Assembly: GCF_037042905.1 (NCBI RefSeq)
Contig: NC_087251.1
Coordinates: 36,892,001-36,956,000, forward strand
From: Lytechinus pictus
Lineage: Eukaryota
Direction: 5' to 3'
DNA: 64,000 nucleotides
Part shown: in pieces, positions 29,252 through 41,561 of the stretch
Layout: each line of letters begins with the position of its first letter
Numbering within the stretch: position 1 is the first letter of the stretch
Program-made: the position numbers and the translations under genes
The notes under the pieces: generated by a model
The model's input: only the letters and a program-made list of their open reading frames with translations
Databases searched by the model: none
What the model was told of the DNA's origin: nothing

Positions 29252-29469
29252 CACAGTAAAGAAAATTATACAACGCTGTTTACTATATGAACCTTACAGT
29301 AATTGTTTAAACAGTTTAAACAAGTGTTTAAATCTTAAGCAACAAAATTTAATTTTCAATACCTAATTTTCAATAAATTAAACATGATTGTTTAAACGAT
29401 TAAACAAATACTGTAAGGTTCATATAGTAAACAGTGTTGTATAAAATCTTAAACAGCGTTTTTACTGTG
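29252..29469. mobile_element. CAC-ended foldback MITE
   Basis: TG|CACAGTAAA ... TTTACTGTG|TG; inverted arms tactatatgaaccttacagta / tactgtaaggttcatatagta. Confidence 0.65.
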
Positions 29470-32400
29470 TGTAACTCCCCTATTTATTGAGTAAAAAGGC
29501 GTTAGCCTTAGGTTGCACCCCCTCGTAAAAAAAAAGAAAACTTGGCACCACCCCTGCTTATTTTATCTCACTATGTTATACATGTATAGAGTCGGTGTAT
29601 TTTTTTTAACTGTGTATTAACACAGTACCTGTCGCCAAAGGCTTGATAGATTTGATTTCAAGTTTATACGTAATATATACTCAAGCTCATGTCATAATTA
29701 CGATTCTTTTTCAGCACAGTTGTTCCATATATTGACAAAAAAAATTAAGGTTCATGCTACGGTAAATGACAGGAAATTCTAAATCATAAATCATGCCACG
29801 CTGTCATCATGATGCAAATAGCAAAAAAACGAATGACTACATAAACAATCCAAGAACACCAAAGTTCATGTCTTGGCTAAATTGAGTTGAATATGGGATA
29901 TTGTTGCTTATACATAGGCCCATCTAGTGTTTAATTCATATCATACACTTCCACCTCGAAGTACCAGGAATGAATGAAAAATTGACAAGAAATCATCATT
30001 GAACTAACAAAATAAATCGTTTATTTTTTCTTAATTTACTCGAATTGAACCTCTGGACTTGGGTTTTTCTTATACCCATTATACACAAATCAATAAATGT
30101 ACGCAACGTTCAACCGGAGGGCTGGTAGTTGATAAGAGGTAATTTCCGGCCTCGATTTGAGCTCCTTGACAATAAGAGGAGTTTTCATGAAGACCGAAGT
30201 AATACACTGAGACACAGTGATTTAAATAATGATAGATGGATTATTGAAACACAACTTTGCTAGGCCCATATTTAGAATTATTAATAATATTAGAGGATTA
30301 AAAAATGATTTGGCTTATTTACTTCACTTTCCTTCGTTATTTGATATTCCATGCCTGAAACATTTATTTTTTATTTAAACATTATATGCCTACATACAAA
30401 GCAGGTCAATCAGAAATGTCGGATATAATATTTCTGACAGCTTTAAGTTCATTTTTGTATTTTGCTTTAAAGATAACCATGTTATGATTATATGGCTTGT
30501 CGTCTAGTTACACCCCACCTCTCTCTCTCTCTCTCTCTCTCTTACACAATACTCACCCACACAACCGCACACAATCCATCTCTCCCTTTTCCCCTCATAC
30601 TGTCATTGATCCAACGTGGGCAGAGAATAGCCGATGGAAATCACCGTGGCCGTGCAAATGAGATTCCCTTTTTGGTAATCTCATTTCCCGAAATCTAACC
30701 CGGTGCTTTTTGTCTCACTTTGAGCGTCATTTCCCTCCGTAGCCCCTCTCTCCGGGACTCGTTTCTGTACCGAGATGTCTCACGTTCCTTTCCCTCATCA
30801 AACCCAGGAGCGGCACTGCAAGGGGCGGGAGGGGCGACGCCCCCATTATTTTTCAAGTAGTGGAGAAGGGGGAGGGGGTAGAAAACAAGCAAATGAGGGG
30901 AAAGGGAAAAAGGGAGACTAAAAAAAGTATATGTCGTGCAACTATATAATCCCTGTAAGGCAATTGAGAAAAACATTACGTTATTTTTAGGTCGTCGTAC
31001 GCCCCCACCTTATTTTAATACTCCGATGAGCCCATGTTGCAATCATTCTCGACTACTTTTTCTTCTCCCGGTCTTCTTGTCGCTGTATCTTAACAGGTTT
31101 CAGTTTTAACTGCATGTATGTTTCCTGCTTCCTGCATTTTATTTGTGTTGTTAAGGATTACTTGGATGCTAAAGTTCCTCACTGTTTTAAAATTAAAAGT
31201 TCGGAATCCTCGCCTTTTTATCTATTTTTTTTTTTTTTTGGAGGGGGGGGGGGACATATTACCAAATCCATGAATAGCAATATTGGTGGGATATGAACAA
31301 GATTGGTGTAAGAAATGGCAGATCCACTGAAAGAAATAAAATAGCAACTATCAAAATACTTTGTAAATATTTTTTTCAGCTTTCGCTTAATAACTTTCCA
31401 TCATTACAATTGCTTATTTATTTTAGTCATATATTTTTTTTAAAACAAAGTTTGTGAGAAAAATGAATGGCCATCAAAAGAAGAAAAATTGAAAAAAATG
31501 ATGTCATCTTTTAGGTGACATGAGCAAAATACACAAATATTTCCCCTAAGTTATGACACCTCTATGTACCCTATCCTCAGCAAGCCAAGAGCACCTAGAG
31601 CAAGAGTTTCCTATCGCATCTGTAATTGGTTCGATTTGGCTCGGATATCGACAACTGAGATGCAATTAGGCGAAGGGCGATTCTCACCATTTAGAAAACA
31701 TGAAATAGATTGGAGTGTTTCCATCAGGGGCACGTCCGAGGTCACCATGGGCACATTTTATCCCTCTATCTGCCACTATTTCGCCGGAGGCGCCCCTCCC
31801 ACGCGGGAACCATTTAAAGATTTTTGTTGCATGCTTGCAGAAGGTTTCACACTGATAAACACCCCCCCCCCGAAACATCCAATGAATCGATTAAAATTGA
31901 CGCGTTTATTTGTAACCTATTTATTTTGAGGATATATAATCACTGGTGTAACGGTTGGCACGTGCTCCTCTCCCACCCCCCCCCCCCCCAAAAAAAGGGG
32001 AAAAATTGATAAATAAATAAATAAATAGATAGATAAATAAATGAATAGAAATAGAAAAATAAATGAATATAAATGCAATTAATAAAAGTTAATTGAAATA
32101 TTAGCATGCATAAAAAGAGGGAAGGGGATAAATAGGAGATTGCACTGTGAAATATGATTAAATGTTTCTTGTCGGCGAACCCTTTAGGCTCAACTTGTCG
32201 GTCGCTCACTTCATTCGCTTGAAGAAGCAACATAACTCTGGATAGCGAGAAATGGCTAGAATAATTATTCAGCAGATATATCAGCAGATAATATTTGTTT
32301 TGCTTAGTAAGTTTTTAAATGTCTCGAAGACAGTTATGTATTTCTTTTATTATTTTCATTATTTATTTATTAATGAACCTGTCTATCTTTTCTGCAATTA

Positions 32401-34149
32401 TTGACACATTATACTTTTTTTTTGTTTTTTTGTTCTGAACCGCTTCACGTAAGTTGCGTCGCAAGTATAAAGCTGCCATTTATTTTGGTTCTTCCGGCAA
32501 TGCACAGCAGCTTACTGCAGTTTCCTCTCTCTCATTACATATAAATTCACCAAAATACGTCTTCAAAAGTCAGTAAAAGGAATCTTCGTTCCCATTTGAA
32601 AGATGATAGAGTTTATAACAATTTCACGCTCCTTGAAACTGTTCTTAAAGCGTAGATATGCGAAACTGCTGCAAACGTCCTTGTTGTTAGAGGCTTTCTA
32701 AGCCATCACACGTCTTGATTTATTGCTCGTTCTCTTGTAAGTCTTTTTGACGCTTTGAAATATGAATCTGTATCCTATTTGTATTCATTTGATGAGACGT
32801 TGATGTGGGTGGAAGGAAAGTAGGGCACGTCCAAATTGGAAAATGACAAAACGGTAGAATCGAGATAACGGGGATGGTCTTAAATAAAAGAAGAGGAGAA
32901 ATGAGAATAGGGAACGAGAGAGGGTGAGATTGAAGGGGGGGGGTGAAAAAAAAAAGTATAGTGAAGGGGAAGCAATGAGAAAGGGAAATCAAACCACTGT
33001 ACATCACCAAGATATGCAGTAGTAGGGGTCTTCCCGCGAGGCTGGTTATGACTCTCGTCTTTTCAATCTGAGGGACGTGGGTTCGATTCCAAGCCATGAC
33101 GTGGTCTCCTTAAGTTTAAACTTAAGAATAGGCTAAGCCGAAAGTTTTCAATTGACGCGGACAAACATCTTGATGAAAGAAAATACATTATGAGAAAATC
33201 TGCCTCCTGGATCTTCCGGCTATCGACATGTTAATGGTGATTGTGTTAATAATAGTTTTGGATATAATATCTTTTTCATAAAAAAGTAATAAAAGTCAAT
33301 GTGTCAATGCATTTTAGCCAATCAGAATTAGTTTCCCATATTTATTTTTCATGATTTCATGATTAAAGACGATAATTTGGATAATGATTTTAAATGAGGT
33401 CTATGTATTGACTCATTGGCTTGTATTATCCATCGTTTCTCATGTCAATCCATGGACTTTTTTCAGATGTCTTTTTCAACATATTCGGTGAAAAGGCATA
33501 TTCTCGTTATGTCTGAATATGCCATTTTCGTAAACCAGTCGATACAAATCAGTCACTCTACCTCGGCACTTACGGTTCATCCTTGAAATTGAAACACGTC
33601 ATGATCGTGACGGCTCCAACCAGATGACTTATTCATTGACATACTTGACACATTTCATTGATGAAACGAACCAAATCCCCCTAAAGTAATCCATTCCCAT
33701 CGGTGCCACATAAAAAAGATAATGTTTAGAACATTATTGGCCATGAGCCCCTGGATGCGATCCAGGATGATGCTAATGTTCATCTGAGAAACATGGATGT
33801 GACTCAGACGTGAATCATCATGTTCTATTCAGAAGGTTTTCCAACATTTCTCTAAAATACTTTTGAATTAATTAAGCTACAGTCGCACCAAAGAAACCGA
33901 CTCCAAACCGACCGATGATATGCCATTTGATATATCGTATGAGCTTTGATCGGTCTGGGGTCCATTCCCTTGGTGTGGCTGACTACTGTAGCGTTAGTTT
34001 CTTATAAAGCAACAGTCACACCAACGAGACCGACCGATGATAAGCCATTCGATATATCATAATCGCTTATTTCGATCTTGGGTTGGTATTTGATCGGTGC
34101 GACTGTCGCTTTATCGCATTTGGCGAGGCGCCGTGGCCGAGTGGTCTAG

Positions 34150-34564
34150 AGGCCACCGCACACCTTACGACTGTCCGCGATCCGATTTTGGAACAAATCG
34201 CATTTTGCTCATTTTCTGAAAATGTGAATGGAACATATCATTTTATTTGAGGTTAAAATTGATTGAAAGAATGCTAATATAACCATTTTGAAAGATTGCA
34301 AGCCTTTATTTTGGAGTAAAGGCCAAATTAGTTTCAAATCGTAGCCAATCGTACGACTGCTATGACGTCATTACGACTATATATTAAATTCGCTTTTATT
34401 CTAAGAAGGATGATAGCTTAGTCACAGATTTGAACATAGGTATTCGTAAGATGATTTAGAACATTACATAGTAAGATATTCCAAGTCTCGATATTAGCAT
34501 CAAATTCTACTACATTTTATTCTGAAATCGGGTCGCAGACCAATCGTAAGGTGTGCGGTCGCCT
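34150..34564. mobile_element. PIF/Harbinger-like MITE inserted into a tRNA-derived SINE head
   Basis: ~44-bp TIR AGGC(C/G)ACCGCACACCTTACGA; 3-bp TSD tag/taa; flanks rejoin as gccgtggccgagtggtctaaggcgcc...ggggttcgattc. Confidence 0.78.
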
Positions 34565-34774
34565 TAAGGCGCCGAAATACACCATAATAGTCCGGGGTTC
34601 GATTCACGGCATAGTCTTTGATCAAGATATTTTTTTATCTACATCGCTCTTTTATCTTACATCAAATAAATGAAAATGGTTTATGCATTATTGATACCAA
34701 CGCATGCACGAGTTTAAAAAAATTATCGTGCAATATCAACTAAAATCATTTTTACTCTCGTTTATCTTTTGCAG

Positions 34775-34852
34775 GAGCTGAACAACTTCCAAAATAAATG
34801 TTTTGAGCTCTATGGCTACGACTGGATTGTAGTCCCACTAGTTTATACTCAG
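34775..34852 (+). CDS. BEST: Bestrophin exon (78 bp); not in the ORF track
   Basis: tttgcag acceptor, CAG|gtaaga donor. [26 protein letters not shown] (YDWISIPLVYTQ motif). Confidence 0.97.
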
Positions 34853-36735
34853 GTAAGAAGGTGAAATAATCTGTCCTTTTCAACAACGTCTTCCATTTGA
34901 AATATATCCATGGTTCAAATTCATCCATCTGTTCTAATTGGAAAATAATTATTTAATTTAAACTGGGTCTGTGCCATTAAGACTTACAAATGAGGCAACT
35001 TTATTTTGACTACCATGGAAACCTTGATTGTTATTGGCTGCTGAGCCCTGCCTGTTACCATGGTAGTTACTAGTTACTATATATTTTTTTTTTTGGGTAA
35101 AACAGACCATGAAGTATCGATGATATCTTCATAATTATACATTCATAGCAAGAATGGGTAAGAATTTTTTTCTTTCCCTTCGACACTTATGGTTTTATGA
35201 ACGTTTTCGCCACCTTTTAATACCAATATGATAAGCAACCTGAGATCTCTTCGTATCTACTTTAATCAACTTCTTTTTTTTCTCTGCACGAATAACAAGC
35301 GTATTCTGTAATTTTTATAAAAGTTATGAAAATCATTTGAATTTATTTTAAGCCCACAAATAATTTATAAGGGAAATGAAGTTATTAACAAAACGAACAA
35401 ATCATTATACAATCCACCTAGATTTAAAAAATAAATAACAAGAAGCATCAGATGATTATGAAACGAGAAAATCTCCTCTCTCCGTATTTATCTTCTCCTC
35501 AATACGTAGGTTAAAACACACGTCTCTAAAGAATTCCATCTTGTATGATAAAACTATAATGTTAAAAATATATTAGGTTCTATTCACCTAACCACGAATC
35601 TAATGTACGTAATATAAAAATATAGCAATTCATTGCTATAGAAACAGTTTTTATTACATGTTTTGATATTCTATAGCTTGGAAGATATTGACTTAATGGA
35701 TTTTAAGCATTATAGCCACCTAGTTTCATAAACACATTTTACACTTTGAATATTCTAATATCACGTTTTACAAAGAGACTTACTCAATGATGAAAAATCG
35801 TTAACTATGAGGCGTAAACAAAGACTATTATTTTATGGTGCGATGGACATCATGCTGTTTTCGCGGTGTGTTTGACATCATTTATAAAGAAAAAAAAAAG
35901 AAAAGGATATTCTGCAAAGAAAAACAATTTGATTTCAATTCAGTGTACATGTACATATAATTTTAGGTATTTTGTTTTAAGAATATGTTTTGAAACTGCA
36001 AAAAAAAAAACAATATCGAGGTAAAATCTTCCATTCTAATTTTTTGTTACATACAAAGAGTATCTATTTTTGCAAGTTGGTCCTCATTATCAAGATAAAT
36101 AAAATGCAGTTTAAAACAATATTATCCCCGACGGACCATTTAATATTAGATCAATTACCATAGTATCATTGCCATTATCATGATTGTGATACATCACCAT
36201 GGAAACTACTGAGCCATGTTACCATGGTTGTTATCATATCGGCTTTGTAATAAGTCCTTTATGAGACGAGTCCTAGGCTTGAATAGGGAATACATATTAT
36301 CAATATATCTTGTAACATATTCTCTATCATGATCCACTCTTCTTTTTGAAATTGTCTATTTTGATAAATTTCCCTCGAATTTTTAATGAAAATGTACTGT
36401 AGTCCTTTTTTTTACTTTCATGAGCCAATACGACCGTGGTGCATGCATTAAGCAAATTACATTAATAACAGAAATCGCACATGCAGGTTGTTGATAAAAC
36501 GCCATTATCCTAAACCAAATTACTAGATGGTCGGCAAAATATTAAAGGAATAAGTGGAGTCCCTCTCTCATAATTAGAAATAATATGGTGACTAAGGACC
36601 ATTAGGATTCACTTTATAAATTCCAAAATACGTGTATAAAATAAGTTATAAATATCAATGTAGTAAAAACAGCATCTCTTTGTAGTTGTGATTATAAGAT
36701 ACACCCCTTTTCTTACGTATTTTGTTTATACACAG

Positions 36736-36888
36736 GTTGTTACCATAGCAACATATAGTTACTTCCTCGCCTGTCTATTTGGTCGCCAGTACTTAGATCC
36801 TAAGATGGGTTATGACGGTCATACCATAGATGTTTATGTACCTGGGTTCACCGTCTTAGAATTTGTCTTCTATGTTGGATGGTTAAAG
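36736..36888 (+). CDS. BEST: Bestrophin exon (153 bp, TM3-TM4)
   Basis: acacag acceptor, AAG|gtgagt donor. [22 protein letters not shown]...[17 protein letters not shown]. Confidence 0.97.
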
Positions 36889-37050
36889 GTGAGTATTGTT
36901 GGCTTGTTCCATTCCATCGGGTCGGGTAGGATCGTCGTGGACACCGACTTTCCGTGAAACTGCCCTGCCGATTCCCTAAAGATCAAATTTTACATTCGGT
37001 AGATATAACACCTTCATCTAAAAAAATGTTCAGTCTATAAATGTTGTGCA

Positions 37051-37128
37051 TTATTATAATTATTATCATTATCATTTTTGTCATTATTGTTATTATTATT
37101 ATTACTATTATTACTACTGCTACTACTG

Positions 37129-37179
<51 letters not shown>

Positions 37180-37238
37180 TTACTACTACTTCTACTAATA
37201 CTACTATTACTATTATTATTATTATTATTATTAATATT

Positions 37239-37270
<32 letters not shown>
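37051..37270. repeat. Compound (ATT)n/(ACT)n microsatellite
   Basis: Direct reading. Confidence 0.95.
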
Positions 37271-37287
37271 CTCTATACTCCCTGCAG

Positions 37288-37368
37288 GTGGCAGAAAACC
37301 TCATGAACCCTTTCGGCGAAGATGATGATGATTTCGACATGAACTGGATTGTTGATAGAAATATTGAG
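37288..37368 (+). CDS. BEST: Bestrophin exon (81 bp, Ca2+ clasp)
   Basis: cctgcag acceptor, GAG|gtaaga donor. [27 protein letters not shown]. Confidence 0.98.
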
Positions 37369-37601
37369 GTAAGATTGAATCATTCATCAAAAGAGCATTC
37401 AATCAGAAATCACATATTCTATCAACTTTGTAAAATTGAACTTTGGTCACTGAGAATATCATAAACGTATTAATAACTAATTGTGAGTCTTTTGATTTTT
37501 TAAGTTGTCCTGCCTCACGCATGCCTCGATTTATCTTCACTCATTCGCAAACCAGTTTTTATATATAGGCCTGTATGCTGTATTTTCATATTAATTGTAC
37601 C

Positions 37602-37971
37602 CAGGGGCGGAAATCTCTCCCAAAAGGTAGGGGGGACAAGGGGCTGGAAAATTTGACAAGCATAAAAAAGGGTTATCACCCAAAATTTAAGGTCATTTCA
37701 ACGAAAATAAATTTGACAAGCAAAATAAAAAGGTTATCACCCCACATTTAAGGTCATTTCGACGAAAATCAATTTGACAAGCAAAAAAAAAAAAGTTATC
37801 ATCCCAAAAGTAAGATCATCTCGTCCTAAAATACATGTTTTATTTCGATTTTGAATGATGTATTGCTTAACATCATAAAAGGCCACAAATAGTAGGGGGT
37901 ACATTTGATAGTGTGTCCCCCCTACTATTTTGAGTAGGGGGGACACTTCCCCCCTGGGATTTCCGCCCATG
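37602..37971. mobile_element. hAT-like MITE
   Basis: TIR CA(G/T)GGGCGGAAATC; 8-bp TSD attgtacc at 37594-37601 and 37972-37979; three internal ~60-bp tandem units. Confidence 0.82.
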
Positions 37972-38223
37972 ATTGTACCTCAAGGTTTGCTGCTTCATTA
38001 GAATAATACAACGAACAGGCATATACACTTGCTTTGGTTTACTTTGGTGTTGAGGCTTGAAGCTTCTGCTTCATATATATAAGAAATTAGATAAATGCAA
38101 ACAACTTGTGGCAACTCTCTTGTAAATAATAAACAGTGAAAGAAATTGAAAATTCGAGAATAATAGATGCGAAGTTTCACTCAAGGTGCCTCAGAGCTGT
38201 CATCGATTCTTATTCAAAGGTTG

Positions 38224-38229
38224 AAAAAA
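38224..38229 (-). terminator. RNA polymerase III terminator (T6) of the tRNA-like gene
   Basis: aaaaaa on + strand immediately adjacent to the discriminator base. Confidence 0.65.
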
Positions 38230-38301
38230 TGCCTCCGCCGGGAATCGAACCCGGGTCCCTGGCTCTGAACGCCAATGCCTTAACCACTAAACCACAGAGG
38301 C
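38230..38301 (-). tRNA. tRNA-like gene with TCA anticodon (opal-suppressor-like; not the long-arm tRNA-Sec type), carried in a foldback repeat
   Basis: Minus strand GCCTCTG TG GTTT AGTGGTTA AGGC A TTGGC GTTCAGA GCCAG GGAC CCGGG TTCGATT CCCGG CGGAGGC A folds into a full cloverleaf with A and B boxes; followed directly by T6. Confidence 0.7.
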
Positions 38302-38481
38302 GGGCCAGCAGTTAGGCTAGACCGAGTTCAATTAACCGGCAGGCAAATTTCCAACAATGGATGACAGCTCTGAGGGACCTTGAGTGAAGCTACGCATCTA
38401 TTATTCTCTCATTTTCATATCTTTCACTATACATATATACATATATGTGTAAAGTTATACATGTACAACAGCTTTGGCAAC

Positions 38482-38486
<5 letters not shown>

Positions 38487-38549
<63 letters not shown>

Positions 38550-38588
38550 ATATACATGTATATATATTAGTATATACTGTATATATAT
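38487..38588. repeat. (TA)n microsatellite; others at 39325-39514 and 48554-48684
   Basis: Direct reading. Confidence 0.9.
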
Positions 38589-39324
38589 CCCATCACTCCT
38601 TCCATGCGTAAATATTGTTGTTACATCACTCTAATTCAGATTGAAAATTTATTTCTGTCTCGTAATGTTTATTCGATCCTAACTAATGGTCATCATCATC
38701 GGAGCGAGCAGAATATAAAGTGACAAGCAAGTCCATTTCTATAATCATTATGATAGCATTACACAATATGATATGATGTGATGTGATTTAAGTGACAGAC
38801 AGGAAAGAAATATTGAGGACCGCATCATTGCAGATGTACTATCTTTATGTAATGACGAAAATATAAAATATGATAGCAGTCATGTCCAATAGATTTTAAT
38901 AGGCGAAAATTGGAAATGTAATTTTACCTTATTAAAAAAAATCTCCTACACACGCACAATAGGTTTTTTTATATTTGATATGATTTTTCATTTTATTAGA
39001 TTAATTTACCAGCAAAAGTCACATGTTTACATGTTAATGAAACACATGCAAGAAAAATATGAAATTATGAACTTCCAACCAACCGAGCCAACACACCGGT
39101 GTTGCCCACAGAGTAACAGTTTATGCAGTGTAGTTGTATTATAGGCCCTCTTAAATTATAACACACTTATTCACTATACTCATTACATTCTGTCAATAGT
39201 TTTGGTATACCAAGTAACAAAACAGATACCTTCCTCTCAAAGACATTCTATTTTCTATTTTCTCTATACAATAAACTTATAGGCTAATTCTTCCTCTGTA
39301 TTATTAGTAGTTATCTAAAAAGGT

Positions 39325-39363
<39 letters not shown>

Positions 39364-39436
39364 ACACACACACACACATATATATATATATACATATATT
39401 TGTGTGTGTGTGTGTGTGTATATTATGTATATACAT

Positions 39437-39474
<38 letters not shown>

Positions 39475-39482
39475 TTATACAT

Positions 39483-39514
<32 letters not shown>

Positions 39515-40591
39515 CAAGACTACCCATTTATTACACGGTAAATTAGTGTCAATATACAATGTTGGACAGTTCGATTCCCTTTTAAGCCCTCCGTTTTGGT
39601 ATATAAGCAAAACAATGCAAATGGCGACAGCCATGAGGTGTTTCACTGAATCAAAACATGACAAAAAATAAATTATTGCAGTTCTTTAGCTCCATCCAAG
39701 TCATGCATACATGGAATGGACATTAAAAAATGGATTTTAATTATGTTTATGTGACGTACTCTTTGACTGCATGCACTCTCGTCAACGTTACGTATCACGA
39801 CGTCATTGGTGATGAATAGGTTTATACCCCAGTAATGCGGGAAAATCCTTCGCAGATTTTGGCGGTGCGGTCGTTGTGATGAGCTCGCAGCGCCTGTATT
39901 GTAATTTAGGAGGCAAAGCTATATCTCTTGTACATAAAGAGAGGGCAGGCTTTCTTACGGCTATCCCAGATGTGCTTTATTAGCTTGGGAGGGGGATTTG
40001 GGAAGGATTGTCGCCTTCTCGATGTAAGAACACTCAAGCTTCAAGGTTACCAAACAGTGCATTCCTCTAAGATGAGACCTAATGCAATAAGGTCTATGGA
40101 AAAACAACAACCCAAGTGGGATTATGTGTGTTGCCGTTCACACAGAAAAAAAAAAACGTGTTTGCTCACAAAGAATGGTGTTAGGTGTGAACAAAATCTG
40201 TTAATTCTTGTCTCTTTTTTGTGATACTCATGATTATTTGCAAATTTATGACTCAAAATGATAAACAAAATGATAATTAAAAACCAAATAGTAAACAGTA
40301 TTGCGATAGACAAAGATTATTTTCCTTAAAAAAAAAACTGTCATGCTAAAGCACGATGCTTAACATTATATCAAGTTAACGTCATGCAGTGTGATGCAGC
40401 ATTGATGTAATCTTTTGTGGATATAATCAACGACTGGTATTCAGAGGAGCGTATTCGAATACGAAAAAAATCTTTCTAAAAACACATACATGTACAATCA
40501 TGTATTAAATGCCAAGATGCCTCTGGAATATCTCTGAATATGTCAGATGTAATATAAGTGTGAATTTTCAACATTTTCTCTCTGTTTACAG

Positions 40592-40743
40592 ACAAGTTTC
40601 ATGGTTGTTGACGAGCTATACGAGGTGAGCCTTCCTATAGTTCGAGATCGTCACTTCTCAACACGGCACCCCGATATACCTTATACAAATGCTGCAGTAA
40701 AGAAGAAAGGGAAGCCATGGTTAGGTTCAGCTAGTAAAGTCAA
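40592..40743 (+). CDS. BEST: Bestrophin exon (152 bp, proximal C-terminus); not in the ORF track
   Basis: tttacag acceptor, AA|gtgagt donor. TSFMVVDELYEVSLPIVRDRHFSTRHPDIPYTNAAVKKKGKPWLGSASKV (VDE, PYT, F/WxGS motifs). Confidence 0.93.
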
Positions 40744-41561
40744 GTGAGTATATACAATAGTTCCCAAAAAAGAATTGTCTCTCGATGAGAAAAATGTCAG
40801 CCAGAGTGGGGGGGGGGGGATTTTTTTTCTCCTGCTGTAAGTCTACCAATTAATGTTTTTCGACAGTTAAACATCATACTATCTGCTTAATTGGCATTGC
40901 GAGATCTTTTGTAGAAATTCCATTTAAACGGAGATCTGTTTTCCTTCCTTTTTTTATATTCTATGATTCTTTTTATTTCATTTGTTCAGATTTGCTTGAC
41001 TAGAATAGTTTCTATCTATATCACAGTCTCATAATTATTACTGAATCATCAGTCATACACTTTTATTTCTTCAGAGTCAAATTTGATTCGGAATGATGCC
41101 AGCTTGGGGTCATCTTTATTCCCAGTCAAGTGACTCAGTTTATAATTTAAAGTGACTAGGAATATGGCAGCTGAAAATCACTTCATTCCGAGTCAATTTT
41201 GTTTGAGTCAAAGTGACTACCTTGCGAGTTACTTGCCTCTAAACAGGGTTTACTCCAAATTTGACTCTTTAGCAATATGAGTGTATATTACTAGAAATCT
41301 ACGATATCGGTATTGTTGCTCATTATAACTGCTTTGCCTGTGATAATCGTCTGCATCAACAAAAACGATGCCTGGGGAGCGTCGAATGTTTTATTCGAGA
41401 AGTCCATTTTTTCCAACAGTTACAATAGTAACAGTGTTCTCAGCCAATAAAGATCAACTAAATTCGTCAGATCCGATAACTTGTCGGACAAAAATTTGAA
41501 TGAAACGCTCCCCAGAAATAATGTGTAAGACTAATCGGCGGTTATTTCATATCTTCCTTAG

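Larger units (their letters stand above)
38135..38428. mobile_element. Foldback element with ~74-bp imperfect inverted repeats enclosing the tRNA-like gene, next to (TA)n
   Basis: 38135-38208 (agtgaaaga...gagaataatagatgcgaagtttcactcaaggtgcctcagagctgtcatc) is the near reverse complement of 38356-38428. Confidence 0.75.

Noticed and set aside
36983..37464. Poly-Leu/Thr/Ile/Asn/Ser ORFs
   Set aside because: Microsatellite translations; only 37288-37368 is a real exon
38230..38301. tRNA-Sec
   Set aside because: 72 nt with a 4-nt variable loop and 7/5 stems; tRNA-Sec needs a long variable arm and extended acceptor/T geometry
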